Positions 36,589 to 49,613 are shown, counted from the stretch's first letter. The stretch: 64,000 bases of DNA from Octopus vulgaris (GCA_951406725.2 OX597829.1:20150001-20214000), one strand, 5' to 3'. Notes: generated from the letters alone by a model not told the origin. Made by a program: numbers and translations.

Positions 36589-38250
36589 CTCTCAAGATGC
36601 TTACACTCTGTTGAACACTGACATAGCACATCCACTGAAGCATACTGGCTTCATTTCTTTCAAACCTACACATGTCCTCAGATGTCACAGCTAATGTTTC
36701 ACTGCCATGTTACATAGCTATTCACACACAGGCACCATACAATCTATATTTCACTCTGAGAGAGAGGCCCTTTGTTGCCAGCAGAGGCAGGAGCTCTCTA
36801 AATTTTACCCGGCCTAAACTTATTCTGACAGCTCTGCTCTCGGAGCATCCACTTCTGCTACTAACTTGATTACCTAGGTAACAGAAGCTATCTACTACCT
36901 ATAGCTTACCCCCACGGCAGTTGATGGAGTCTATTTTCTGTACATTTTCAATGTTTATTGTATCTGTGTATCTACCAGACACAAAAGCTATTTTCCCTGT
37001 TAACCTTCCTCTGATATTGCTGCACCTTTTATGTGTCCAAAGCTGACAATTGGTGCATCTTACAGAGTTACTACCAACACCTTTTCTACAGATAGAGCAG
37101 GGCCATCTACCTGAAGGGATTTGTGATTTGTCTGCCTTCCTCCTTTCTAGGACTTTCGTTTTTGGTAGGTTAACTCTAAGGCCCTTCGATTCTAGACCTA
37201 GCTTCCATACCTGAAACTTCTTCTGTAGTTCTGGTAGTGATTCAACTATAAGAAGGTCATCAGCTCCCAGGGGCAGCCTGTCTTAAATTCTCTGTTATTG
37301 CCTGGAGGACTATAATAAATAAGAGGGAGCTTGGGACCAATCCTTGGTGAACCCCTACTTGTACCATGAATTCTTCACTGTACTCATTGCCAATCCTCAC
37401 CTTACTGGTAGCATCTCTGTACATGGCTTGTACAGCTCTCATCAGCCACTAGTCTATCCCTAGTTTCCACATTGACCACCATATAAGGGATCAAAAGCTT
37501 TCTTCAAGTCAACAAAAGCCAAGTACAGAGGTTTATCTTCGGCTATGTATTTCTCCTGCAGCTGCCTCACCAGAAATATAGCATCAGTGGTGCTTCTCAT
37601 CACATAACCAAACTGCATGTCATCTAGACTACTCCTCTCTCTAATTAGTTGGGATATGACTCTCTCTGTAACTTTCATCACCTGATCCAAAATTTGATAC
37701 CTCTGTAATTATTTCTATACAAGGCATCACCTTTACCTTTGTAGCAGTTGACTTTCTCTGTCTTCATATCCTTAATTGCTTTATCAACCAAGGTACTGAT
37801 AATTCAGGTAGCTAGTCTCTTAACTGAGTCAACATTTGGCAAACTCTCCTCCTCCCACTTGTCCTTTACATTCAGCAGTCTTTCATGATGGCATTTCCAA
37901 GCCTCTTTCTTTGCAGAATCACTAAATGCAAATGCACCATCATCATTTCTTTCCTATGACATCACAATTTTCTCTCATACACTGTCTTGCAATCCAAAAC
38001 ACATCAGTTCTTTGGTCCTCATATTGCTGAACATAGGCAAACTTCCTCTTTTTTGCTTCTCCCTTGGTTAGATATACCTGTCTCCTGGCTTCTCTTCTGG
38101 CTATTTGATACAGCTCCCTGCTACCCCTACTCTTCCCAGTCTTCCAGGCCTGTTTCTTTGCTCTAATGGCCCTGTCTATCGCAATATTCCACCACCATGT
38201 TACCCTAGATCTGGTTGGGACTTTGCACCATCCACAGACAAAATTCCATG
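36589..38250 (-). mobile_element. Decayed RTE-clade LINE (host of the young LINE; continues at about 34500-34685)
   Basis: MQFG, STTDAIFLVRQLQEKY, LYLAFVDLKKAFD and VQVGVHQG. Further fragments lie at 52300-53100 and 60480-60725. Confidence 0.85.
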
Positions 38251-38257
38251 TTAAGGA

Positions 38258-38665
38258 TTCTTTTACTCTTTTACTTGTTTCAGTCATTTGACTGTGGCCA
38301 TGCTGGAGCATCACCTTTAGTCAAGCAAATCGACCCCAGGACTTATTCTTTGTAAGCCTAGTACTTATTCTATCGGTCTCTTTTGCTGAACCGCTAAGTT
38401 ACGGGAACGTAAACACACCAGCATCGGTTGTCAAGCGATGTTGGGGGGGACAAACACAGACACACAAACACACACATATATATATATATGTATACATATA
38501 TACAATGGGCTTCTTTCAGTTTCCGTCTACCAAATCCACTCACAAGGCTTTGGTTGGTCTGAGGCTATAGTAGAAGACACTTGCCCAAGGTGCCACGCAG
38601 TGGGACTGAACCCGGAACCATGTGGTTCGTAAGCAAGCTACTTACCACACAGCCACTCCTACGCC
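38258..38665 (-). mobile_element. SINE family A, full length
   Basis: Near-identical to 12496-12895. Other minus-strand copies or fragments lie at 31590-31800, 32117-32268, 32415-32810 and 63705-63870. Confidence 0.85.
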
Positions 38666-38871
38666 AAATTTTTTGCAATTTAGCAGTCCTTTACATGGAA
38701 TTTCATCTATCTTTTTCAACCAAGGCCTGAAGACGCTTGTATACATAGATATGAATTTTTTAATAAATTTTAATAATTTTTTTTATAAATCAACTAATGT
38801 ATATAAGTTGAAACAAATTGTTGGCTTTGTATGTTTTTTTAAAATTTGTTATGTTATCTTATCTTTTATTA

Positions 38872-39437
38872 TTGGGTTGTCCGGAAAGTTCATGCTGATT
38901 TATAGTAGCTTACCTTTTGACTTATTTTAGAACATGGTTGAATCCATAAAATAGGATTTGACTACACCTCCATTTAGAGCACAGTTTAAGCTATCTTTTC
39001 GTGGAAGAAGGTTTATGTCCTTATAACCTGTGTTAATTCTGTAACCCTTTAAAATGGAAGATAAGAAAGTTCATTTTCGGCACTTGATGTTTTGGGAACC
39101 AGACAAAAATTGCTGCAGCTCAGCTGGGATGTGTAACCCCAACCTCCATATTCACCAGATATTGCTCCTTCGGATTTTCACTTATTCAGATCTCTGCAGA
39201 ATAGTCTTAATGGTAAAAATTTCAATTCCTTAGATGACGTAAAAAGATACCTTGATCAATTCTTTGCCATGAAACCACCTCAATTCTGTGAAGAGGGTAT
39301 TTTCAAGTTAAAGGACAGATGGAGACGCATTGTGCAACAAAATGGTTCGTATTTGGTTGATTAAAAATGTAATGGCAAGTATTTATTGACCTTTTTCTTT
39401 CCTTTAAAAATCGGCACAAACTTTCCGAACAACCCAA
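38872..39437 (+). mobile_element. Internally deleted mariner element
   Basis: TA|ttgggttgtccggaaagtt ... aactttccgaacaacccaa|TA, giving TIRs and a TA TSD. Retains MEDKKVHFRHLM and the C-terminal PPYSPDIAPSDFHLFRSLQNSL...RWRRIVQQNGSY (YSPDLAP motif). Confidence 0.92.
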
Positions 39438-39876
39438 TATATTTTTATGGTATATTATATTATATTATAATGTAAATAAATTGTTAGTTTGTCAATTGTA
39501 TTTCTCTTTTTCATTTAATATTTGTATTTCTACCCCTTTTTTCTGTTGTATTCAACTGCTGTACCAGTGAATGGGATATTTAACATCCCTTTGAAGGAAT
39601 TGATTTTTCTTCCATTTGTTGTGTGTGTGTGTGTGTGTGTGTTCATATATGTGTATGTATATCTATATACATGTGTGTGTATATATCTATATCTATCTCT
39701 GCATATGTGTGTGTGTGTGTGTGTTCATATATGTGTATGTGTCTATGTATATCTATATACATGTGTGTGTATATATCTATATCTATCTCTGTATGTGTGT
39801 GTGTGTATGTGTGTGTATGTATATGTGTATATGCATATATATATGTACATGCATATGTGTGTGTCTGTGTATGTAT

Positions 39877-40047
39877 ACAGTTCTATATTTAAGAGATGAG
39901 GAATTATGTACATTATTTACATTTGACGGATATTTGTCCTCATCTTGTTTGTTATTAACACAACGTTTTGGCTGATATACCTTCCAGCCTTCATCAGGAT
40001 GTTGGGGAAATTTCAAACCTGGGTTCTCATTCCTAAGGTATTTTTCG
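39877..40047 (-). mobile_element. Penelope-like repeat fragment with a degenerate hammerhead (39957-40003)
   Basis: Minus strand reads aacatc-CTGATGA-a-GGCTG(n10)CAGCC-AAAA-CG-TT-gtgtt, with G12 changed to A. Sits between microsatellites. Confidence 0.65.
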
Positions 40048-40090
40048 ATGTTGTTGTTATTGCTGTTGTTGTTGCTGCTGCTGCTGCTGC

Positions 40091-40130
<40 letters not shown>

Positions 40131-40157
40131 CTTCTTCTTCTTCTTCTTCTTCTTCTT

Positions 40158-40256
<99 letters not shown>
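40048..40256. repeat. Compound trinucleotide microsatellite (GTT)(GCT)(GTT)(CTT)(ATT)
   Basis: Read directly from the sequence. Confidence 0.97.
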
Positions 40257-40831
40257 GAGTGAGAGAGCAGTGCATGCCATCAAAGTGACACTGGGGTAAA
40301 ATATACGAAGCCCAGTATACTCATATTGACTACCCGTCTGATAAGGGTACACCAGGCACATGCATCACAACCATATATGCGTGACATGGTAATCTCATGT
40401 CAAGATAAACAGCACATGACTTCACAGGTGGGGCCCAGTTTGAATTTTCTTCTGGTCGAGTAAGCTATCCCGCTTAAAAGGTACCTGAATAAGGGTTGTT
40501 TAAGAATGTTGAACGAACCACCTATGTTTCCAAAGGTGAATTATCCAAACCCCAAAGAATCCCTCTCAACACATGGCTATGATGCTTCCCCACTACTTCT
40601 GCTCATGATCAGAGATGCACATATCGTCAGCCACTAAGGGACATGCTCAACTGGTTAAGGTCAAACAACTGACAAGCAAATCTGTGGTATTGAGCAGAAT
40701 ATTTGCTGTAGCCCATCTTTTATACCAAGGCAAAACAACAATTATTATTATTATTATTATTATTCAGGTCACTGCCTGGAATCGAACTTGGAATCTTGGG
40801 GTTAGTAGCCTCCGCTCTTAACCACTATGCC
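40257..40831 (-). mobile_element. tRNA-headed SINE-like element
   Basis: Minus-strand head ggcatagtggttaagagcggaggctactaaccccaagattccaagttcgattcc with A and B boxes, then (AAT)n and a body of about 480 bp ending in a long (AAT)n tail. Confidence 0.65.
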
Positions 40832-41424
40832 ATATGTCCATGTGTGTGTGTTTTATCTATTTTTATCAATCATTAAGTCTACTCTAGAACTTGAATTAAT
40901 AAAACGTGGTGTCTGTACTTGCATATAATACTCCTAAGCAAATTTTTTCTTAAGTACATATCTTCATTTCACATAAACCCATCTACCTATAAGTGCACCA
41001 TACAATTGATTTAAAGCTAAATAGCTTAAACAAGATTATCAAAACCATCACCAGCGAATTTAGAATTCTATCTCTGGTATGTGCAAACTTCATCAATCCA
41101 CCTAAACCTTATCCACCATGCATTAATTCTTCTTCTTCTTCTTCTTCTGCTTCTTCTTCTCCTTCTCCTCCTCCACCACCACTGCTGTTAACCGACCTCC
41201 CCACTGCCACCGCCACCAGCACCAGCACAACCACAACCGCCTCCCACCACCACCACAACTGCCGCCGCCGCCGCAATCACCACCACCACTTACACACACC
41301 CCATTTCTTGATTGTCACAACTATAGTAGCATTAAATTAAAATCACTATCTGTAAATCATACTTAAGAGTAAATACATCTTCGAAAGGTATTATAATGCT
41401 ATGGTTTTTGTCTGAAAGAAAATA

Positions 41425-41834
41425 GACATGACTGTGTGGTAAGAAGCTTGCTTCTTACCACACAGGGGAGCTGGCAGAACATTAGCATGCTGGGCGAAAT
41501 GCTCAGCGGTATTTCGCCTGCCCTTACGTTCTGAGTTCAAATTCCACCGAGGTTGACTTTGCCTTTCATCCTTTCGGGGTCAATAAATTAAGTACCAATT
41601 ACGCACTGGGGTTGGTGTAATCGACTTAATCCTTTTGTCTGTACTTGTTTGTCCCCTGTATATTTAGCCTCTTGTGGACAATAAAGAAATAAGAAGCTTG
41701 CTTCCCAACCACATAGTTGCAGGTTCAGCTCCACTGCATGGCACCTTGGGCAAGTGTCTTCCACTATAGCTCCAGGCAGACCCAAAACCTTGTGAGTAGA
41801 TTTGGTAGACAGAAAATGAAAGAAGTCCTTCGCG

Positions 41835-41865
<31 letters not shown>

Positions 41866-42100
41866 ATCTATGTGTCCATGTATGTGTGAGTGCATGTGTG
41901 TATCTGTGTTTGTCTACCACCACCATTTGACAACCAGTGTTGGTGTGTTTACATCCCCATAACTTAGCAACTCAGCAAAAGAAACTGATAAGATAAGTAT
42001 CAGGCTTAAAATACACAATAATTTCCAGGGTCAATTTATTTGACTAAAACCCTTCAAGTTAGTGCCCCAACATGGCCACAATCTAGTGACTGAAGCAAGT
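41425..42100 (+). mobile_element. SINE family A with a nested family-B SINE (about 41465-41692)
   Basis: The host segment aagaagcttgcttc..accacacag is repeated imperfectly on both sides of the inserted ggggagctggcagaac...gtggacaataaagaaat element. Confidence 0.75.
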
Positions 42101-42694
42101 TGCAGCAGTGATTCACGAGTACATGACATGTTTCATCCATCTACGGGGTTTCGTCAAAGCCATGCACTCATTTGTCACTGACGTTATTTTGTAATGTGTT
42201 TCTAAAACATGTCTATGCATAGATTTTTCCCTCAGATCCCCAAAACCTAAACAACATACAGTCATGTCTTTTGATGATGTATATAAATTTAATATGATAC
42301 ACAGATACCAATTTTGATTTAATGGTGTTTCACTTGCAATGACTAAGTGCTTTACAACCTGACAAGTTTTCTGCAATACCAGTGAATACATTATTTCCTT
42401 GTTTCTTATATATCAAATCATGAGTTTCATCTTAGCAGGCAGCAAATATTTTGCATGGCACTGACAAACACCATCTAGGGTGAAATGTGCCTGCTGTTCC
42501 TGTTAGTCATTGATGCAATGATGTTTATCTCATTCTACTAAATGTCTGTTTTTAATACACCATGTCTATGAAGAGATTTTTCTCTCAGACAAAGACCTCA
42601 GCATTATGTCTTTCAATGGTATATATACATTTAATGTGATACATAAACGGTGATTTTTAGTTCAATGCGATTTCAATTGTACTTACTGAATATA

Positions 42695-43110
42695 GGTGTA
42701 GGAGTGGCCGTGTGGTAAGTAGCTTGCTTACAAACCACATGGTTCCAGGTCCAGTCCCCCTGCGTGGCACCTTGGGCAAGTGTCTTCTACTATAGCCTCG
42801 GGCCAACCAAAGCCTTGTGAGTGGATTTGGTAGACGAAAACTGAAAGAAGCCCATTGTATATATGTATACATATATATATGTATGTGTGTGTGTTTGTGT
42901 GTCTGTGTTTGTCCCCCCAACATCGCTTGACAACTGATGCTGGTGTGTTTACGTCCCTGTAACTTAGTGGTTCAGCAAAAGAGACCGATAGAATAAGTAC
43001 TGGGCTTACAAAGAATAAGTCCTGGGGTTGATTTGCTCGACTAAAGGCAGTGCTCCAGCATGGCTACAGTTAAATGACTGAAACAAGCAAAATAGTAAAG
43101 AGTAAGAGTA
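42695..43110 (+). mobile_element. SINE family A, full length
   Basis: Same head, microsatellite and tail organisation as 12496-12895. Confidence 0.85.
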
Positions 43111-43112
43111 TA

Positions 43113-43311
43113 CAGGGTGGGTCAAAAGTCATGCACAGAATAAGTTAAATACACTCCAGAATTGTCAAAGACATCCTTCAATTTTCTCTAAAATTGAACA
43201 AAATAAATAAAATAATGATGACTACACATGTACATGTATATGATGAATAAAGTAAATTAAAAATATAAAATAAAATGCCAAATGTTTTGGTGCATGACTT
43301 TTAGCCCACTG
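43113..43311. mobile_element. Tc1/mariner-type MITE
   Basis: TA|cagggtgggtcaaaagtcatgcac ... gtgcatgacttttagcccactg imperfect TIRs around an AT-rich core. Confidence 0.65.
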
Positions 43312-43349
43312 TTTACTTTGTTGTAATATATATATATATATATATATAT

Positions 43350-43544
43350 AAAATACAAAATGGGACTAGAACACAAAATATCTGGACAGCTAGGTGATGC
43401 AAAAAAGGGACAACAAAACATCCAGGTAGACGATACAGAGAAAACAAGGACGGGTCCATCGAAGTTTTCTTTCCTCAGTCAAGCACCAGATTATCCTCGC
43501 AATTTGGGCTGATTATTCTTGAGATTGCTCCAATCTGGCCAGCC

Positions 43545-43547
<3 letters not shown>
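43350..43547. mobile_element. TA-embedded interspersed repeat, related to 62120-62248
   Basis: Both begin aaaatacaaa.tggga..agaac and share tcagtcaag.acc.gat.atcct.gcaattt.ggctgatta. Both are flanked by (TA)n. Possibly PLE-derived. Confidence 0.5.
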
Positions 43548-43587
<40 letters not shown>

Positions 43588-43589
43588 TA

Positions 43590-43850
43590 CACACACACTC
43601 ACATCAAAGGGTCAAAGGTCCTTCCTGAGCCATAAGCTCATAAGGCTGATATCCTGGATTCTGTGGCACATATGTCCCTCCTCTGGATGGGATGCCAGTC
43701 CGTCACAGGATTACTCACTTTTGCCAGCTGAGTGAACTGGAGTAATGTAAAATGAAATGTTTTGCTCTAAGCACAACACATCGCCTGGTCCAGGAATCGA
43801 AACTACAATCTTATGATCGTGCGACACCATATCCACTAAACTACATACCT
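43590..43850 (-). mobile_element. tRNA-derived SINE with a V/Meta-like central domain
   Basis: Minus strand has B box gtttcgattcc and the segment cctgtgacggactggcatcccatccagagg, which resembles the V/Meta SINE domains. Related heads occur at about 50010-50110, 50258-50560 and 50770-50835. Confidence 0.5.
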
Positions 43851-43989
43851 CCACATATACAAACATACACAGAACCACATTACATATAAACACACTCTCA
43901 CATACATACATGATGGCCATCCACTCGTGATCGAGGAACACCATTGCTGACCTTCAGGAACATTATGCACTCTAGGACTAACTTATATT

Positions 43990-45330
43990 TTGCATTTGCG
44001 GCTCCGTTGGTGGCTAATGACCCCTGCTCTTGACAAGTGTACACGACTGCAAACATTGCAGACCAAGCTTTCCTCATTCCCTACACCAACAGTGCACTTT
44101 CAAGCAGCATGCTTAAGTTCTTCATGCAGAATACATGCTCACTCAATGGTGTCAATCTCCTCCTTTACCTGCTCCCTCCATGTGTGGCGATGACAGGCAT
44201 TGCTCTCCCAGTCAGTCTCCTGCATATCGCAGTCTTTTAATGAGCACTTGACACAGTCCTTAAATCACAGCCTTGGTTTCTGCCAGGGTCTCTTTCCATT
44301 AACAAGTTCCTCATATAGCATCTGTTTAAGGATCCTGCTATCCTTCATTCTAATAAGGAGTCCAGTCCAACGTAACTGCTGCTTGTGCACCATCACCTCA
44401 ATACACAAGATATCAGCTATCCTCAGGACCTGTATGTCTGGACTTTTAAGGCCCAGCAAACATCCAGAATGTGTCTTAGACCTCTCTGACAAAGGCGTTC
44501 AAGGACCCTTACATGATGTTTGTAAAGGGTCCATGTTTCACATGGGTAAAAGAGCAATGTCAGTACACATGCACAGTACAGCAATTTTTGTTTGCTTTGT
44601 GATGCCATGCTGGGACCAGACATGAGACTCAAGAGACTGGCAGGAATCAGTTGCTCTCTGCAGCCTGAAAGATATTTCATCATTCATGGAGCAAGAGAGG
44701 CTGAGAGAGGTAGACAAACTTGTTTACAACTTTCAGTATTGTTCCTGCAACCAAGATAGCTGGTTTCACATATGGATTTCCTGGTGCAGGTTGGAACATT
44801 ACAACAGTCTTGTCCAGGCTAACGCTGAGTCCAAATGCCTTACAAAAAGCAGAAATATGATTCATAAGTATTTGCATGTCATCCACTGTATGAGTGACTA
44901 AATCACAGTCATCTGCACAAAGGAGGTGATGAATAAGAGACTGGAAAACTTTTTAATTGGCAGCAAATTGGCACAGATTAAAGAGTCGATCAGAAGATTG
45001 ATACCTAACACATATTCCCAGAGAGCTAACCTTAGCAAAACCATGAGTAAAAGCAGCAGCAAAGTACAAAGAAAAGAGAGTTTGGGCAAGAATGTCACCC
45101 TGCTTGGCACCATTCTCTACAGGAATGGGTCCTGCCATGTCATCAACAACATTGACCCAAGCCTCCATCCTATCATGAAATGATTTAATTATAGATACAA
45201 AGTAATCCGGACATCCAAGTTTGCCAAGTATTTTCCATAGCAAGGCTCTATTCACAGTAAAAAAGGCCTTTCTTAAATCAATGAATACCTGGACAAGATC
45301 CATATTCTGCTCATAGCACTTCTCTTGCAT
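43990..45330 (-). mobile_element. Decayed RTE-clade (BovB-like) LINE RT fragment
   Basis: QVFIDLRKAF.TVNR.LLWKILGKLGCP, NGAKQGDILA.TLFSL, FGLSVSLDKT and QLRWTG..IRM.DSRI.KQMLY. Confidence 0.85.
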
Positions 45331-45929
45331 CTGTATGGCTGTGCATATCCATTGTCCCTCTACCAGATCGGAAGACACATTAAGATTCAGATAGGACATC
45401 GTTTATGAACCCCATTCAGGCGGGTAAGAAGAATATTCACCATTTTTACATACATACATTCATATATACATACACACATTCATACATACTTATATGTACA
45501 TACACAACCAAGAACTGCTGTTACCTTGGGTTCTATACTACTAATAGTAAAAAAAGACTTACTATGATACAAGATTCAAACTTGGAGTAACTAAATTCAG
45601 AACATCAAGCAATCAATGATTCAAAGTCACCAAGTCTGGACTTCATCAGGGCATTTGAAGAGAGAGCATTCTTTGCCTTGGTGCCAGAATCTCTCAACCC
45701 TTCTGCCTGTCCAACAATGTCTATTTTCTTACCTTCTCCATTACCACTCTCTCATAACAATAAATCAGTTCATCCTATCAAACTTAACCCCCTTTCAGCA
45801 CCTCTGTCTCTCTCTCCCCTATTTTCTTTCAATTTTAGGGGTTCTTTAGAGTTGCAAGTTACAAAATGACCTTATGGCAAAAGCAGCACCAAGATACTGT
45901 ATCATTGACCTTTTGGAGAAACTGCATTA

Positions 45930-46109
45930 GGTGCAGGAGTGGCTGTGTGGTAAGTAGCTTGCTTACGAACCACTTTGTTCTGGGTTCAGTCCCACTGTGT
46001 GACACCTTGGCCAAGTGTCTTCTACTATAATCTCAGACCGACCAAAGGCTTGTGAGTGGATTTGGTAGACAGAAACTGAAAGAAGCCTGTCATATATATG
46101 TGTGTATAC

Positions 46110-46173
<64 letters not shown>

Positions 46174-46400
46174 GTGTTTATATGTTTGTGTGTCTGTGTT
46201 TGTCCCCCCCAACATCACTTGACAAGCGATGCTGGTGTGTTTACGTCCCTGTAACTTAGCGGTTCGGCAAAAGAGACTGATAGAATAAGTACTAGGCTTA
46301 CAAAGAATAAGTCCTGGGAGTTGATTTGCTCGACTAAAGGCGGTGCTCCAGCATGGCCACAGTCAAATGACTGAAACAAGTAAAAGAGTAAAAGAGTAAA
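45930..46400 (+). mobile_element. SINE family A, full length
   Basis: ggtgcaggagtggctgtgtggtaag...gactgaaacaagtaaaagagtaaaagagtaaa. A 3' half is also present at 3328-3522. Confidence 0.85.
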
Positions 46401-46989
46401 TGAGTAGAGAGGACTTTTCAATATTACTGCGGGGCAATAAGGTGGTGAGCTGGCAGAAGTATTTGCAGCATTTTGACTGCATTTATGTTCTCAGTTCAAA
46501 ATCTGCCAAGGTCGATTTTGCCTTTCATCCTTTAAGGATTGATAATATAAAGCACCAGTTGAGGACTGGGGTTGATGTGATCGACTCAGCCCTTCTCCTG
46601 AACTTGTTGGCCTGGTGCCAAAATTTGAATCCAGCGTTACCAGGATGCAAGACAATCTTCAATACGAAAAAAAAAAGGACCCAGTACACACTATAAAGTC
46701 ATTGGCATCAGGAAGGGCATCAAGACATAGAAATCATACTAAAGCTGAAACCCTGGAGTATGATGCAGTGCTCAATATTGCTGAAGTGTCTAGAATGGAA
46801 AGCAAATAGAAAACAATATTGATGATTATATGTGTGCCTCGATGTGTGTGTGTGTGTGGGGGGATGTATGCATGTAAGTGTAATATTCAAAAATATATAT
46901 AAACTTATATATACACATGTATGTTGACTGTTGATCTAGTTTCAGCTCACGAGCTGTGGCACTGCCAATTGGTGTTGCTACATAATTTT

Positions 46990-47910
46990 ACTTCACAAAT
47001 GCATTTTTAGGAATTGACATTTGGTGCATGAGGGAGTTTGATGCCACTGCCCTCATCTGCACCTCCCGCCACGAAATTGGTTCATCTGGGACACTTGACA
47101 GTAAGCAGTCCAGCTTTATTCTGAAGACACCTACATCCACCCCATGCAGGTCTCTCAGGTCCTTCAGGAGGTTATTGAAGAGCTGTGGACCTCTGAAGCC
47201 CAGGCTCTTGCAGTATCTTGTCCTACATCTTGATGATAAATTTGGAGTCCTTGGCACTATGCAGTGGCGCCCAGTTCTAGTATTTGTGTTACTCTCAATG
47301 CCAAAGTTTAGGACAAGTCCTTCCAGATGTATATTATGGCATATCTTTCTCACCTATGCTCTAAGGAATAGAGTCTTAATCTCTTGAGTATTTTCCAGTA
47401 GCTTATATGCTGTGTAAAGGCTATCTTCTTCATGTAGCTTCATTGGATTGCATCAAGTTCTGAGACAAATTTGACTCTGGTTGATGACCATAGCTGAGAG
47501 CAATTGTCAAAGTGACTTAGAACAAGTATCCTCCAGAGGACCATCATGGTTTCCTGATCTCTTGTTCTAAGAATCCATCTGGTCAGGTGCCTGCATTTCA
47601 TTGCCCAATTTAGCAACATGCACATGGAAGGATGCATCATTACTCATGTAAATGCCCAGGTCTCGCACTGATTGTGCTTCTGGGATTGCGATCCTCTAGG
47701 TGGGGATTGCATTTACTTTTGCATGCTTGAAAAAAGCATGCAAAAAAGTTTCAAGCACAAGGCTTGAAACTTTTCAGTATTAAATTGCATGCTATTCTTT
47801 TCAGCCCACTTATATATTTCATCCAGCTCACATTGCAGGTGCATAGTGTCTTCAGGGTTCTGTATTACCGGTGAGACTTTTGTATCGTCTGCATAACTTG
47901 TGATGGTGGC
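46990..47910 (-). mobile_element. 3' fragment of the same LINE family as 19830-23050
   Basis: High direct similarity to 19870-20630, and contains ITSYADDTK. Confidence 0.88.
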
Positions 47911-48129
47911 TGTGTGTGTGTGTGTGTGTGTATATATAGAAGCCAAGTACACCCATGCTGGTGGCACATAAAGAACACCTTTTGAGTGCTGGTTTTCACA
48001 GAGGCAAAGTGGCTGAGTTCTTTTTGAGCATTGGACCTCATGGAGGCAAAGTGGGTGAGTTCTTTTTGAGTGTTTGGCCTCATGGGGTACAATGACCATG
48101 ACCTTTGTCATTATCACACATACACACAC

Positions 48130-48379
48130 AGAGCAATAAGAAAATGGAGGGGATCAATAGGTGGTTCATCAACTTTTAGACATTATATTATTCCTGTATA
48201 TTATATATTTTAATAATTACTGGTGTCTTTATGTATTATATACGTAAAGCATACTATGTTATACATGTATGTATATTGCTGTAATTGTCATTTTAGTAAA
48301 TAAATAAATAAGTTGACATAATATAATGTCTAAAAGTTGATGAACCACCTATTGATTCCCTCCATTTTCTTATTGCTCT
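48130..48379. repeat. 62-bp inverted repeat (48130-48191 and 48318-48379) with an AT-rich spacer
   Basis: agagcaataagaaaatggaggggatcaataggtggttcatcaacttttagacattatattat and its reverse complement, with about 1 mismatch. Confidence 0.9.
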
Positions 48380-48552
48380 ATAAATTAATGGTGAAATATC
48401 TCTTTACCCTCACCCATTTAGTACACTCTGTAATGTAATTGCAATGCAATAAAAAACATTGTGTATTAATAATTGGGAATTCTACCAGCAGTATATTGGA
48501 TAAATATTATCCCTTAGTGGGTTGGATTCACAACCTCTAACTTTCTTGGAAT

Positions 48553-49440
48553 CATCATCATCATCATCATCATCATCATTTAACGTCCGCTTTCCATGCT
48601 AGCATGGGTTGGACGGTTCAACTGGGGTCTGGCAAGCCCGAAAGCTGCACCAGTCCAGTCAGATCTGGCAGTGTTTCTACAGCTGGATGCCCTTCCTAAC
48701 GCCAACCACTCCGAGAGTGTAGTGGGTGATTTTATGTGCCACCGACACAGGTGCCAGACGAGGCTGGCAAAACGGCCACGCTCGGATGGTGTTTTTTATG
48801 TGCCACCGGCACAGGTGCCAGACGAGGCTGGCAGACGGCCACGCTCGGATGGTGTTTTTATGTGCCACCGACACAGGTGCCAGATGAGGCTGGCAAACGG
48901 CCACGATCGGATGGTGCTTGTTACGTGCCCACAGCACGGAGGCGAGTCGATGCGGTACTGGCTACGGCCACGTTCGGATGGTTTTCTTGTGTGCCACGTG
49001 CCACCGGCACTGGTACCACAAAGATACAAATTCCATTGATGTTCATCTATTTTGATTTGTTTTGATTTGATTTTCACTTGCCTCAACAGGTCTTCACAAG
49101 TGTCACAAGAAGGAAGGTATGCACAGGTGGACTGACTACGTCCCAGGTAGGGGCCATGGGTTATGGCCTGACTAGTCTTGCCGGGTCTTCGGATGGTGTT
49201 TTTATGTGCCACCGACACAGGTGCTAGATGAGGCTGGCGAACGGCCACGATCGGATGGTGTTTGTCATGTGCCCACCGCACTGACTACAGCACTGATGGA
49301 TTTCTTGTGTGCCACAGGCACTGGTACCACAAGATACAAATTCCATTGATGTTCATCTATTTTGTCTATTTTGATTTGATTTGATTTGATTTTCACTTGC
49401 CTCAACCGGTCTTCACAAGTGTCACAAGAAGGAAGGTATG

Positions 49441-49444
<4 letters not shown>
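48553..49444 (-). mobile_element. SINE-like family C with an expanded internal ~60-bp tandem array and a local duplication
   Basis: (CAT)n tail at 48553. The unit ggatggtgtttttatgtgccaccgacacaggtgccaga.gaggctggcaaacggccacg.tc is repeated. The block at about 49000-49125 is repeated at about 49310-49444. Confidence 0.75.
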
Positions 49445-49483
<39 letters not shown>

Positions 49484-49486
49484 ACT

Positions 49487-49487
49487 A

Positions 49488-49557
<70 letters not shown>

Positions 49558-49558
49558 G

Positions 49559-49613
<55 letters not shown>
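49487..49613. repeat. (GATA)n microsatellite
   Basis: Read directly from the sequence. Confidence 0.97.

Noticed and set aside
39522-40361. ORFs with poly-N/K/L/F/I/V runs
   Set aside because: Dinucleotide and trinucleotide microsatellite artefacts.
40765-40831. tRNA gene
   Set aside because: A and B boxes are present, but there is no complete acceptor stem and it is fused to a repeat body, so it is a SINE head.
40993-41340. S/P/T/H-rich 115-aa ORF
   Set aside because: Low-complexity trinucleotide runs with no splice or homology support.
43441-43547. Hammerhead in the 43350 / 62120 repeat (CTGAGGA or CTGAAGA on the minus strand)
   Set aside because: No stem II followed by GAAA and no closing stem I could be built in the right order.
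48730-48980. Regularly spaced repeats resembling a CRISPR array
   Set aside because: These are contiguous tandem subunits of a SINE-like repeat with no unique spacers and no cas genes, in eukaryotic context.
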